Assembly (NCBI RefSeq): GCF_018977255.1
Contig: NW_024704742.1
Location: 34,536,001 to 34,600,000, forward strand
DNA length: 64,000 bases
From: Callorhinchus milii
Lineage: Eukaryota
Direction: 5' to 3'
The notes under the pieces are model-generated. The model was given only the letters and a program-made list of their open reading frames with translations. It made no database searches and was not told the DNA's origin. The position numbers and the translations under genes were made by a program. Within the stretch, counting starts at the first letter, position 1, and each line of letters begins with the position of its first letter. Below are positions 51,722 to 64,000 of this stretch, in pieces.

Positions 51722-52130
51722 TCCTCGTCCTCACTTTCAAGGCCATCCATGGCCTTGCCCCCTCCTACCTCTCTAACCTGCTGACTCCCTACCAACCTGC
51801 CCGCGCCCTCCGTTCATCGGGCTCCAGTCTGCTCCATGTCTCCTGCCTGACCTGCCCTACCATCAGTGGCCGAGCTTTCAGCCTCTCTGCCCCCACACTC
51901 TGGAACTCCATCCCACGGTCCCTTCGCCTCGCTTCCTCCCTTGCCTCCTTCAAGGCTGATCTCAAGACCCTTCTCTTCGACCGTGTCTTTGGTCTCCCTC
52001 CCACCTCTCTGCCTTCCCTCATCCCTACCCCACCCCTCCCCCATGCTCGGGCCCCGACACCGGGCTGTTCAGCGCTTTGGGACGTCCTCCCGACATGAAA
52101 GGCACTCTATAAATGTAATTTTGTTGTTGT
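51722..52130 (+). mobile_element. L2 3' end
   Basis: Similar to 16030-16461; (ttg)n tail. Confidence 0.9.
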
Positions 52131-53524
52131 AATAAATTAAAATTGATGATTTTTATAGGATCTTGCTTTAGGGATACAAGAGTTTGTACCATTTTACTCA
52201 CTTGTTTTGCAACAATCATTGGAAGAAATAACAACAACAAATTGCATTTATATAACATCTTTCATGTTGAAAGGATGTCCGAAGGATTAAATATTCTCTG
52301 AACTGCAAAACCTTGGACATACCTGGACTGAACAGTATGACTATCTCTCTCTCTAAAAGATTGGATTATTTGACAGACGCTTTCATACCTTTGTAGAAGC
52401 ATACTTGGTTCATCGTAATGCCTCCAAAATAAATTTCTTAATGATTGTAAATCAGAGTTTAGACATTGTCTGCCTATCCTTCAGGTGGATGTTATGATGC
52501 AATTGAAAAGAGAACTGACAGTTTCTCCCAGTGTCCTGTCCAACAATCCTCAGATAAATTGATCGTTGCTGTTTGTGGAACCTTGCTGTGTGCAAATTAG
52601 CTGCCATATTTACAAATACAGTCACCTCACATGACAGCAATTTAACTGACCTGATTTAACAATATCAAATGCAAATGTTATATTGTTATTATGACTATCT
52701 ATAAAACCTAGACGGGACAACATTTATATATTTTACTCTGTATACATGTTACTGCAGGGAAATACAGTAGAGCACTTGCATTTTTATAGCTGTTTATCAA
52801 GTTGAAACAACTTCATAAGTAATTACTGCCAAGTTAATGGATTGTTTTTGTAGCCTTCAATTTGTGCCAATAAGGTCCCAGGTACAGCCATGAAGTGAAT
52901 GACCAATATATCTAGAAGATCTCCCAATCCGCACTCCCCCAATACATGTACTACCCTGGAGCAGACAGCAGTCTAGGCTGTGAATTCAGTGCCCAGTAAA
53001 GGATAAAAACACCTTCTAATCTACAGACAACTGAGCCAAGGTGGCACAAAAGCAAATGCGAGTGAATTATTTGCTCACGGCAAAACTCCACACCACAGGT
53101 CAGCACTAAGGGAGATAGAGTTGTAACTTAATACAAGAGGTCTTATCATTCCAGAAAAAAATTATAAGTTATTCATCAGGTGAGTATTAATTGTAAATGC
53201 TCAGGGAGTATGGAACTCAAGTAGCTAATAGTTTACTTTTCATTGAACAACATAAATAAATACCTTTCTCTGTTTTGAGTGAATTTTTTGACGTTTAATT
53301 ATACAATAAGTTAATGCAACATATTTAAAACTTTGGTACCTGGGAACCTGAAACTTCTTGTGTTCTTAGGCTTCAGACCATGGCCTTAAAATTGTGCATT
53401 AAAATTTTGGAAAATGGTCTTAAATGTAGCCTTAATTAGAAAACCAATTTACCACAGTCCTTTTGGGGTTACTGCAGAAAACCAGTTTCCAAACTGAGAT
53501 TGATTTAAGGAGACAGACAGTCTC

Positions 53525-53620
53525 TGTGATGTAGTGGATAGAACTGTGGAGTACGGACTGGGAGTAGAACCTGGTTGGATTCCCAATCCACACTCATTCA
53601 TTGACCTGTACTTCTAGCCA
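53525..53620 (+). mobile_element. Ancient tRNA-derived (MIR/CORE-like) SINE head
   Basis: gtagtggatagaac...ggactgggagtagaacctggttggattccc. Confidence 0.4.
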
Positions 53621-56600
53621 AGATCAACTAGTGATATCTTAGCACTTAAGTGTTAAAAGCCTCAGAAAAGACAGGAAATGAATAGAAAGATAACGCTGCA
53701 CTGAAACCCACACATTAATGAACACTGAATTAAACATTTTACTCTAATAACATGGGAATGATTGCATTGGAAATTGGTAAGTATTTTAACAAAATGCATC
53801 TTAAATTTTCCTGTAAATTCTGTTACTTTCACATTATTTCTTCGATAGAGGATTGCAGAGTTTAGACAGTTACATGACTTAAATTTTAGAATAATGTCTT
53901 AAGCCTAAGATTAGGATGAATTTCGGGCCTCTGAAATCTTCTTTACCCTGAACCATTAATTTTCCAAGTAACTGGATCTATTTATGTGAGCCGAAACTAC
54001 ATGCATTTAAGAAAAAAGCTTCTGATCTAATTAAATTGTTCAATAGCTGGGTGTTGCACGAAAGTACACGATTAAACTAAAAATAAAATCAACATTGTGA
54101 CATTGTTTAATAATAGTTTTATCGTATAAAAGCAGCTCTTGTATTTCTGACCTCAATATAGCCCTTAGATATACTGTATAGGTATGCCTTATTACTGATA
54201 GCTGTAATGAAAACCAGTCCAATGTCCCCATTCTTTACAGAATTTACTGAAATCCAAGCTATTTGTCAGTACCATCCCTTGAAGAGAAAACTAAATCCAT
54301 TAAATGAAATTTGGAACAAGCACCTGGCTGTATGGATTACTTAAACAGAGAGTGTACACTTGAGGTTTATTGAATATGGCTTTTATCCAGTGGGTGGATG
54401 TAGTGAGAGCAATAACAGCACAATGTATTATAAAGTCTGGCCTGTCCATTAGATATATATCCGTATTCCAACATGTCTTTATGTACATAGATATATTAGC
54501 CAAGAAGATCCATTATGACCAATTGTCTCTATGCCACCATTGCCTCTGGCTCTACCTTTATGTACCATAAGCAGGAATATAATAACACATGGTGCAGGTT
54601 AGAGTGGTGAATAGGAGGTTTGCCTATGTCACTACTGAAAATGATATCATGACATAAGTATGAGAACCTTTCATTTAACTCTGTCCTGTTCCTGGCTATG
54701 ATTTTTCACTTAGTCTCGACTTTTTGTTCATGGCTGTTGGTATAGTTGCTCGGAGGATGTTTGTCTAGCATCTGATTTGCTACAGTGGGTAGATGAAAGG
54801 GAAAAACACCTGTTATCTGTGCTAATAAAGGCAAAATGTCTGACTGTCTGCCAAGAACACAATAACTGATTGACGTAGAGACCTGATTTATACCTCATCG
54901 GAAAGGTCTTGCAAGGGGGAATGTCATGGGCATATTTTGTTTCCGGGGATCTCCTATCTTGACCTAAACAAGCTCATCACACATGTATGGACTCCAAGCA
55001 GGAGTCCTCCTAACCATGAGTTCTCCCAAAAGAATATCTGCAAATATGTGAACAAGGGATGCTAACAAGTTCAATAGCACATTTTCATAATCTTAAGAGA
55101 TAAAGATGCCTAGGAAGTGAAGATCAAGCCTTTGAAGGACAAATAAAAATGCCAGACAAAAGAGAGAAGGCCGATTAAATGAAACTGGTTGCAAGCGTAG
55201 CTGTAACAGATAGAGCTGATATATATATTATACAGCATGCCCTTCTATGCCAGGCAGGTTCCTCTAAGATATACATGAATTTACCATGCCTGCATAATGC
55301 CACTGAATAGGTCACACAGCTGTGTGACTCTTCTTGTAGTCGTAGCATTGCACGACATATTTCACTAACTTATTCTAACTTACTTTTGGTGAATGTATAA
55401 TAATAATATTCATTGCATTTGTTATAGCGCCTTATTGTGTAGTTGAGATGGCTCAAATTATAATCTGAATAAGGTCCGAAAAAATGGTTTCTACTTTTTA
55501 ATTTAGGTACTGAGAAATACTAGCTTCTCACAGTGATGCTCCATCTATTTTAAACTGTGCCTTCAGCAGTCAAGGTTAAATCCAGGCCCTGTCTGCATTT
55601 CTTCAGGTGGGCATTAAAGATCTCTTAAGGCCATTCAAAAAAGGATTTTCTTCCAGTATCCTGCCTTAAATTACTGCAGATTAATGTCATGTATCTCATG
55701 ACATTGTGATCTTACTGTGTGTAACCTGGTTGCTTTGTTTGCTGTAAAAACGGTCACTACACTTGACAGCAATAACCTGTGAAATACTTTGGGAAATTTT
55801 TATGTGATATAGAGCAACATAATAATAATCCTTACATTTGATATTGCACCTTTGATGTTGGGAGGGAATTTCAAAGTGTTTCACAGGATAATGTAAAGTC
55901 TAGGTAGCCATAAAGTGAATGACCAGGTTAGTGGGAGAAACTCCCTTCTCTTTTCGAACAGGGCCATGAAATCTTTAACGTCCATTTGCAAACAAATGGG
56001 ACCTCGGTTTACCATCTCAATGCAGGATTATTATTTTTTATTGTTATTTCACTAATAACAGACAAACTAGCTGTGCAATTTATGAGCCTATTTGTTGGAA
56101 TTAGAAAATGAATGTTAAGATCTTGTCATTACTTTCAATTACCTCCCTGGCCTTGCCCTCCCTAACTCTATGATCTCCTACAGCCCTACTTCCCTGCCCA
56201 CTCTTTCTTCTTTAACAAATCGGTACCCTGCCTGCTCCACCTCACCATCAACAGATGAGCTTTCAGCCAGATTGTCCTATTTTCTGGAATTCTCTTCCTG
56301 AATCCCTCAGTCTCCACTTTCAAAATCTGTCCAAAAACCTATCTCTTTGTCCACCTACCCTCTACCCACCTATCTTCTACCCAGCTCAGGCTCTGACTCT
56401 GTCTTTGTAAAAGGTCTTTGAGACATTTCCCTATGTGAAAGGCAGTAATTGAGGCAATTCGCATTCTTGAATGAAAATGTGTCCTGGAAGTACCAGTGAT
56501 CGATGCTCCTCATTCTGCTCATTGTGAGTAGGAGTGTTGAGGTCCAGTCTGGAATGTTACATGCTTCCAGTTCCCAATGACTGCTGTTGCACGTGATAGC

Positions 56601-57627
56601 ATTGCTTTATTTTTCGCTCAGAGGAATTTTCACTGAGAGGCCGTGAAGGTTCAGTCCCCTGGAATAAATAAAGCAGCCAGTGTGGAGTGATACCCGATAT
56701 GTCGAAGTGTGAAATTCAATATCTCATTCATGTACGGCCAGTGCAAGAGTTTCTTATTTAATTCTTGCTCTTCTCCCTTTATAGCAATGAATCCTATCAT
56801 TTCTGAAATTTGAATTATTTCTTATAACACCAGCACAGCAGTCGATGTGGAACAATATTGCTAATCATTGAAACTGCGTAAAACAAAAATCTCTGGCACA
56901 TAGTACATTGCTGAGACACCAGGGGTAACTAGGCTTCAGCACTTATTTTAAATTTATATGAACACATTCATCATGATAGTGCACACAGCTTCCTCTCCAC
57001 ACCCACCACGCCTCATTCTCTTCACCACTGAGCTCACAACCTCAGGCACATCATTCTGGAGAAGCTTTGAGTGGAGGGGTGCACCTCATGGGTCTTCCCT
57101 GCCCTCCATTGCTCTTGTGCAGCTAATTTATTTCAGCATTTGTGGAGACCCTACAGCAGGTCATTTTTAGCTGGATGTGGGGAGTCCAACAAGTACAGAG
57201 GGAGTCTTGCTCTTTACAAACCCCCTGTGTTTAGAAAGGCCACTACCTTCATTCAGAAATGTTGCGTGTCAAGGCTGTTTATCTGGAGAAGTTCCCCCGA
57301 GCTGCCCGCTGACACTTTGACTCCGAAGACCGAGGAGCTTCGGAATGACGTGTCGCACTTGCACTTTGGACAAAGGAAGGTTATTTTTAGATCCCTTAGG
57401 ACAGAAGTATACGGTTATTTGTAGGTGTCCTTGCTTGATGTACATTTTAAAGAATGTGGCAAGTTTAAAGTCCAAAATCATTGCCCTCCATAAATAACCT
57501 CACATTTGATGCTCCAGTTAAATTTGCTCATGACTATATATAGATCACCCAGCTGTGACTAAGCTGCTGACTTCCCCCAGTCTAGCTGGAGAAACTTTGG
57601 ACTTGGAGGTGAATAATTATATAAATA

Positions 57628-57928
57628 TAATAATAATACTTGCATTTGATATAGTGCTTTTCATGTCTTCTCAAAGTGCTTCACAGAGTACACTGTAAAG
57701 TGAATTGACTATGTATTTGGGGGCGAAATGCGGCAGCCAATTGCGCACAGCAGTGTCCCACAAACAGTCGTGGATAGAGTGACTAAATTGCTATTTTATT
57801 TTTTTGAGGGATTATTATCAGGCGTGTGGAGTAAGGAAACTTGCCCAAGGTTTCATCCTGCCGGGAATCAAACCCAGGTCTCTCGCTTGCGAGGCGAGTG
57901 CTCTAACCACTGAGCTACAGGACTCCAC
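57628..57928 (-). mobile_element. Young full-length tRNA-Ala/Deu SINE, short form
   Basis: Reverse complement of the 19906-20228 family. Confidence 0.95.
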
Positions 57929-58380
57929 TAATTCAAGTCTAAACATATATACAGTATGTCCAGTCAGCTTTCTAGCGGGAGGAAATCGCAAGACTAACCT
58001 TCCAATAATTTAGTACCAATTGTTGGATTACCTCGAGAAAACTCAAGAGGAAGTTCAATAGAGGTTCTGTTCTGAAGTTAGAGGTTAGAGAAGAAGCATA
58101 GTACACAAAATATAAGTCCCAGCCTGTATATAGTACAATTTCATTATTTGCCCTCTCTCCTACTCACTCTCTCTCTCTCTCTCCCCATGCTCTTTGTCTC
58201 TCCTCGTGCTTATTTCTCTACCAACTCTCACTCTCTCTTGAAGAATGGGCAGCAAAGTGAGAGAATGGCAGTGACATTTGTCTTCAGTTGTTGGTGTTAA
58301 TTTCATGGGTCTACAAACTTAAAAGATCTCTTCAGTTGACTCTTACACAATGTTTGCCACCTGACTGTGTTCCCTTGGGG

Positions 58381-58678
58381 CAGGGGGTCTCCAACCAGTC
58401 GATCACCGCTAGATGGTGTTTGCGCACGCTCAATAAAAACAACAAATTGCATTAATATAGCTCCTTTCACATCGGGACGATGTCCCAAGGCATTGAAACA
58501 AGAAGAAAGAGCGATATTTACCATAGTTTATATTTTTATTTCGAGATGCATGAATTGCTTTGGGCATCTAGCTTCATTTTCAATTGGACTAATTGGACAT
58601 AGTTCTATTGCTCCTTTATCTTGTCTTTTTTATTATATGCAAAAGTGCCACCTCGTGGCGGCCGGTTGGAGACCCCTA
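58381..58678. mobile_element. hAT-superfamily MITE with an internal L2 tail fragment (~58435-58500)
   Basis: TIRs CAGGGGGTCTCCAACC / GGTTGGAGACCCCTA and an exact 8-bp TSD CCTTGGGG (58373-58380, 58679-58686). Confidence 0.88.
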
Positions 58679-58839
58679 CCTTGGGGCATTCAACTTTCCT
58701 TTTGTGCCCAGAATGCTCCATTCTGAAACGACTCATTGAGTTTGTGGGAGAACAGGTTGAGCATTGTATGCCTGTGTACTTACTGTTGATTTTTCTCTAC
58801 TTTCGCACTCCCCTAAAGTCATGCAATGCTTCCCCGGCT

Positions 58840-59230
58840 GTGAAGCCCCATATCAGGACTTGATCTTAGCTGACACTCAATGCTTCCTGGGGGAGTGCTG
58901 TATTATTGGACACGCAGTGATTCGGAAGGATGTTACACCAAGTTCCACTCTGCGTGTTATTCAGGTGAACATTAACTATCCCATTTATTACAATATAGTG
59001 ATGTTCAAAAAAAGCTATTCAAAATGAGAATAGAGCATCCTGGCCAATAATCCTCCATCGAATGAGTTCCTTCACCTCATGTGGCTGTTTGTGGGAGCTT
59101 GCAGCGCACAAAAAAATTGCTGCATTTGTCTATTTCAAAAAAATAGTCACTACACTTGACAGTAATTACTGTGAAGCACTCTGGGACATTTTGATGCAGT
59201 AAAATGGTATAAAAATGCAAGTTCTTTCTG
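58840..59230 (+). mobile_element. Old DeuSINE
   Basis: ttcaggtgaacattaa...gctgtttgtgggagcttgc...aaatgcaagttc. Confidence 0.75.
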
Positions 59231-59591
59231 TTGCGTCTAGATTTTCCTTACCATTCTTACAGTATTATCTACCTGTCCTGAAGTAGTGCGAATGCTGTCA
59301 GGTGGCTTAGTGTGATTCCTTGGCAAGCGCATTACTGTATCAGTTTCATGAAGACACTCCGAAGATTGTCTTTCATTTGAGTGTTGTTGTTAATGACAAG
59401 TGGAGCATAAAGGTATGAATATAAACTATGCTCCAATGACAATTGTAGCAGCTGCTCTTATTTGGCACTGTATTAATTAAAATGTCAAGAGGATAAGTAC
59501 TGTGACGCCAATCTGTACCTGGGCATATGGAGTTTTTTTTAAGACCATTGCTATATTGTTAGTAGTGCATCTTTGGTCAGACCATCAACAA

Positions 59592-59890
59592 AAACAAATT
59601 GCAGAGGAAGATCTTGAGTAAGGTCTTGAAGAAGGCAAGGGAAGGTGCAAGGCGGAGGGATTCCAGGAAGGAGTTCCAGAGGGTGGAGGCAGAAAGGCTG
59701 AAAGTGAGGGTGAAGATTTTAAACTCGATCCTCTGGGGGGTGGGGAGCCAGTGAAGCTGGGCGAGGATGGGGATGATCGGCTCATGGAGCTTAGTATGGG
59801 AGGGGACACAAGATGCAGAGTTCGGAATATTCTGCAGCCTGTGGAGGGAAGAGTTGAGAAATCTGGAGAGTGGCTTAACATAATCAAGCC
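59592..59890 (-). mobile_element. L2 fragment; further decayed L2 3' pieces lie at ~60080-60310 (+) and ~60380-60610 (-)
   Basis: RLDY...LQNIPNSA...LHWLPTPQRIEFKI. Confidence 0.85.
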
Positions 59891-61912
59891 TGTGATGCCT
59901 CAAAGAACATTATCTTTCCTTGGTGAGGAGCAGTGTCCTCATTTGAGATGCATTGAAAAAAGTGTATTGAAATATGAATAAAATGATTGTGCTGTTCTTT
60001 TCTATTTATATAATTAATGAACTTTTCTCCTGAGTAGATGCAACGAGCCCTTGTAAATCGTTCCAAGATAGCAGACTGTGCAGTCTGGGGACTGTCACGA
60101 TGCTCCTAAATTCTGGAATTCCCTGCCTTTGTGTTTCAGCCCCCCCTCCCCTTATCAGTCTTTAATTCCCACCTTAAAACTTACCTCTTTGATCTCACCT
60201 ATGGTCACCTCTGCCTTCTCCCTAGCTCAGCATCCAACCCCACCATTGTGAAGTGCTCTAAGATGCTATCCTACGCGAAGGGCGCTATATAACTGCAAGT
60301 TGTTGTTGTTGAAGCCAGTGCACCCTCCATAAAAGCATTTAACGATTATAGTTTGTGTTTATCTAGAGCCTTTTGCACAGCAACAACAAGTTGCCTTTAT
60401 ATAGTGCCCTTCATGCAGGATAGCTTCTCAGAACTCTCAGAATGTTTGAACTGTATATTGGTGGGCAAAGGATTGGAGAAATATGAGATGTTAAGATGTT
60501 GACCAAAGGCAAGAACAAAGTGATATATTTCAAGGCAGTTTCTGATGGCAGGGTGAGAGTTGGCAAGGTGAAGTGAATTTGGAATAGTTTCAGAGCACAG
60601 AGGTGCAGGGCAGCAGGGGAAATAAACATTAGAAACATGGCATTTCAATTGCAACAACAAACGGTCAGTTTCAAAACATTTTGTTTAGCTTATCATTATT
60701 ATATTATTGAACTCAAGGACTTGGCACATTCAGTTCACACACTTGCTACCCTTTCACCTATATGCAGTATGTGTTCAGTGCACGATGTGCTCAGACTAAT
60801 GGGATTAAAAAAATTTCTCATCTTTCTGTCAATCATAAGGATCCTGTGAAATAATTGAATTGAAGAAATTGGAACTTGGTTCCTAGCAGGTTTTCAGCAC
60901 TAAATTGGCAGACTGATTTAGGCAGGCTGTAAAGAAATTGCAGTAATTTAGGTGGGGTTCTATTCTGAAATTAGGATTCTGGCACATTTTGGGATAATTC
61001 TCAAAAGGTCATTTAGTTTTATGGACCTTGGTGGACTAGAACATATTATTCCCCACTGATTATTCCATTTATGAATATTTGGCATTGTGAGTTTATACTG
61101 GGAGCTCCAAAGCGGAAAACTGCTTTCCGTATTGAAATAATTACCCCCCCCGCCAAAAAAAAGTTCTGCTTTTTTTTATTTCAGTACTCCTTTTGCAGAA
61201 ATACTGTACTGCGGTATTTAATGCAAAGTAATTCATCTTTTATCTGGCACACCTTCTTGACTGCATGACCTTGTACATACATGGCCAAGATAAAAATAGT
61301 GTTCTCAACGCAGGCTTTGAGGTTGAATAGAAGTCGCTGGGAACACTCAGCACTCAACAATTGCAACCTGCACATTCGGAAGATAATGGCACTACTGCTC
61401 TACAGTGTAGATTTTTTTGCAATAGATACATGCGCTTCCCTCCTATAAATAATCCATCTTTTATCGACATAGATCTGTAGTACTGGATCACAAGATTAGA
61501 CGTATGAAGAACACCAACTTTCTGTTGTGTTTTGTAAATTTAGACAGCACACTTTAATACAGCATTAGTTACAAGATATACAGCAACTCTGTATGAACTG
61601 CCAACTTCGCTGAATCAACTGTTGCAGAAAGTGCTGCTCAACTAGAGGGATACTGGACTCTGGGAAGAGCAGCATAACAAGATTGGAAGATGGAACAAGC
61701 CAGAGTGCAGTGAAGTTACTTGCACTACAACATTCCTGACTAAAGAGTCACTGCGTTGCCTTTTGGTGTCAGCTAAATACTCAGCTTGCGAGACAAGTAT
61801 TCAACCTTAACCAAAATGCAAAATACTGCAGATACTGCAACCATTCGCCACCACTCTGCTTTCTGTCTCCCAGCCAGTTCTGTATCCATGCTGCCACTAT
61901 CCCTTTAATACT

Positions 61913-62050
61913 AAATGCAAAATACTGCAGATGCTGGAAATCTGAAACAAAAACAGAAGTCGCTGGGAACACTCAGCAGGTCAGGCAGCATCTATGGAGA
62001 AAGGAAAGTGAGTCAACATTTTGAGGTCCACGACCCTTCGTCAGTTCTGA
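61913..62050. mobile_element. Penelope-like terminal repeat containing a decayed hammerhead ribozyme motif on the minus strand
   Basis: aaaatactgcagatgctggaaatctgaaac...actcagcaggtcaggcagcatct...gacccttcgtcag. Confidence 0.7.
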
Positions 62051-63779
62051 CTGTTGGAAAAATGTGGAGGTTGGTCATTCAGCTGAGCTGCAAATCGATT
62101 GAAACGGAAATTATTTTCATAAAACAATTCTGACAAAATTGCTTCACTGCATACTTATCACAAGTTATTGTATTAAAATGACCCATCTGCATGGTTTCTG
62201 ATCCCATCCGGTGACCTGTGAGTACTGTATCTTAAACAAGCAGTCTTATCCGGCAATATAATCAATTATTAATGACAGGCTGAAGCTTTAGGGGTGAGCG
62301 GTGCCTGCGTCCAATCAGCAGGTAGTGGAAGTGTAAAGTGGAAGCAAAGTGCTCATACTGATAACTGATCAGAAAACCAGGGTAGTTAGTGAACCTTTCT
62401 TGTGGACAGTTGCTCAGGAAACCGTTATGAATGGAAATATAATCAGAGTGAACCACAGTATTGTATTGTGTGATCTCAACCACAAGGAGAGATTTGGGAG
62501 TCTTTGACGTATTTTTTTTAAAAAAACACACCATTTCTTTTTTGTTCTAATCATGAATAAAGCACACTAAAGATGTGCTGATCTTGATTTTAGCTTGTGC
62601 CATAGCAAATCTAGCATTGAAGTTGTTGAGTCAATAACACCCAACATGCAGTGAATCTTATGACAATGAAATTTTATTTATATGATGCACTTTGTTCAGA
62701 TTAAACACTGGTTAATTGGTGAATCACAAGCAAAATGTTTAACCTGTGGCTGATAGTTTTGTACACTTATCAGCAATTGCTTCCAAAGGAAACAAGAGTT
62801 GGCTTTTATCTGCACTTCTGGCTGCCAGCCAATGTTTCATAAAATATATATAATCGCTACCAGCAAAGTTGGGTCCTTCTAGGTCATGGCGTTCAGACTC
62901 TGCTCTCAGTTGCCCAGTCATCGACATCTAAAATCTTTAAAGCTGCTTTACTGTGCAGCGTTCTGTGGCTCTAAACCACTTGTGATTGTTCTCAGGTTCA
63001 GTGTCTTCTGATGATGTTGTGCCCTAGAATTCAGCATAAAGTCAGACCTTAATCTGAATCTCAGTCTGATTTGACCAGAATTTAACTGTGCCATTGTCAT
63101 GCACCTTGAGGAGACCCTTCAGATCCTCTGGAGTACAGGGTTGCCTCTTCTGCTATTCTGCAATCTAACTGTATTGTCAAAGCTTTCAGTAATAATACCG
63201 ATGAGATTCTACCATAGTTGAAGGCGTATAGTACAATATCCGTTGTCCCGATCAAATCCATGCAATGTCTTGCTCGCTTTCGACCTCTGAAAACTTCTCC
63301 AATTACTCTCCTGCCCGCAGCACTAAATATTCCTCTGATTGGGGTCTACTGCTTGTTCCTTAGTCTCTGGCCCAGCATTGGTAGCTTAGCCTTCAGCCAA
63401 TATGACATTGACCCTGGGAGTCTCTTGCCTCACTTCCCCTCTCTCTATGCATTCAGTTGGCTCCTTGAATCATCTTTTGACCATGTTTCTTGGTTAACGC
63501 CCTTTCCAAGCTCAGTGCTCCTTATCATCATAAGGATAAAGTGCTTCGAGATTTTCATCCATTTTATTTTCTGAATGGAGGGACAGGTACATGTCATGCA
63601 TAGTGTGTATCCCAGACTCAGTATGCTGAAAATTTAAACAATACAAATGGTACTCAAACAACGAGGCTTGACACTGCTTGAGTTCCAGATTGATACTGTG
63701 AGGTAAGGGGCCACAGATGGCAGACCTGCAGCAAATCTGGACAGCTACAGTTTCTTGAAAACACACAGGCTCTAAGTGT

Positions 63780-63990
63780 ATAATAATAATCATTGGATTT
63801 GATTTAGCACCTTATCACGTTCTTAAGACATCTGAAAGCATTTACTGTAATGTGTACTGATTGTGTATTTGTACGCAATTGTGGCAGCCAATTTGTGAAC
63901 AGCAATGTTTCTCACAAACAGCCGACAAGTGGATGAGCGTTTTTTCCGGAAGATTGTTAGCCAGGACACTGCGATTTTAAGATGACGATA
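63780..63990 (-). mobile_element. Old Deu-type SINE 3' part
   Basis: Reverse-complement tail and gtggcagccaatttgtg. Confidence 0.7.
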
Positions 63991-64000
63991 TTTCAAGGCT

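Noticed and set aside
50058..53782. Plus-strand gene suggested by several GT(A/G)AG donors
   Set aside because: Frequency is compatible with chance and no coherent open exon chain was found.
57071..57424. 117-aa ORF in a CpG-enriched patch
   Set aside because: No recognisable domain and no convincing splice support; could be regulatory but is unsupported.
62311..62422. MHC class II-type S-X-Y promoter module
   Set aside because: X-to-Y spacing is about 90 bp rather than about 20 bp, and no MHC exons are visible.

Overview
Vertebrate genomic DNA, almost certainly from a cartilaginous fish. The tRNA-Ala/Deu-domain SINE with an ATCAAATGCAAGG(ATT)n tail, together with CR1/L2 LINEs and Penelope-type palindromes, suggests a holocephalan such as the elephant shark (inference). 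The window is dominated by nested retroelements (CR1, L2, Deu-type SINEs, one solo LTR) and small DNA-transposon MITEs. It also holds a near-identical ~12.2 kb duplication (14656-26852 = 31918-44079), a 25-N gap and a 1088 bp duplication (44105-45192 = 46394-47481); both duplications break at the same base inside one split SINE. No intact long gene was found and most listed ORFs are TE remnants or antisense shadows. A low-confidence chain of small minus-strand exons may belong to an unidentified host gene. I found no convincing new biological system. The best leads are the duplication architecture, a hAT MITE carrying two convergent CTCF-like motifs, a decayed Penelope hammerhead ribozyme, locally templated insertions and an unidentified decayed coding-like repeat.
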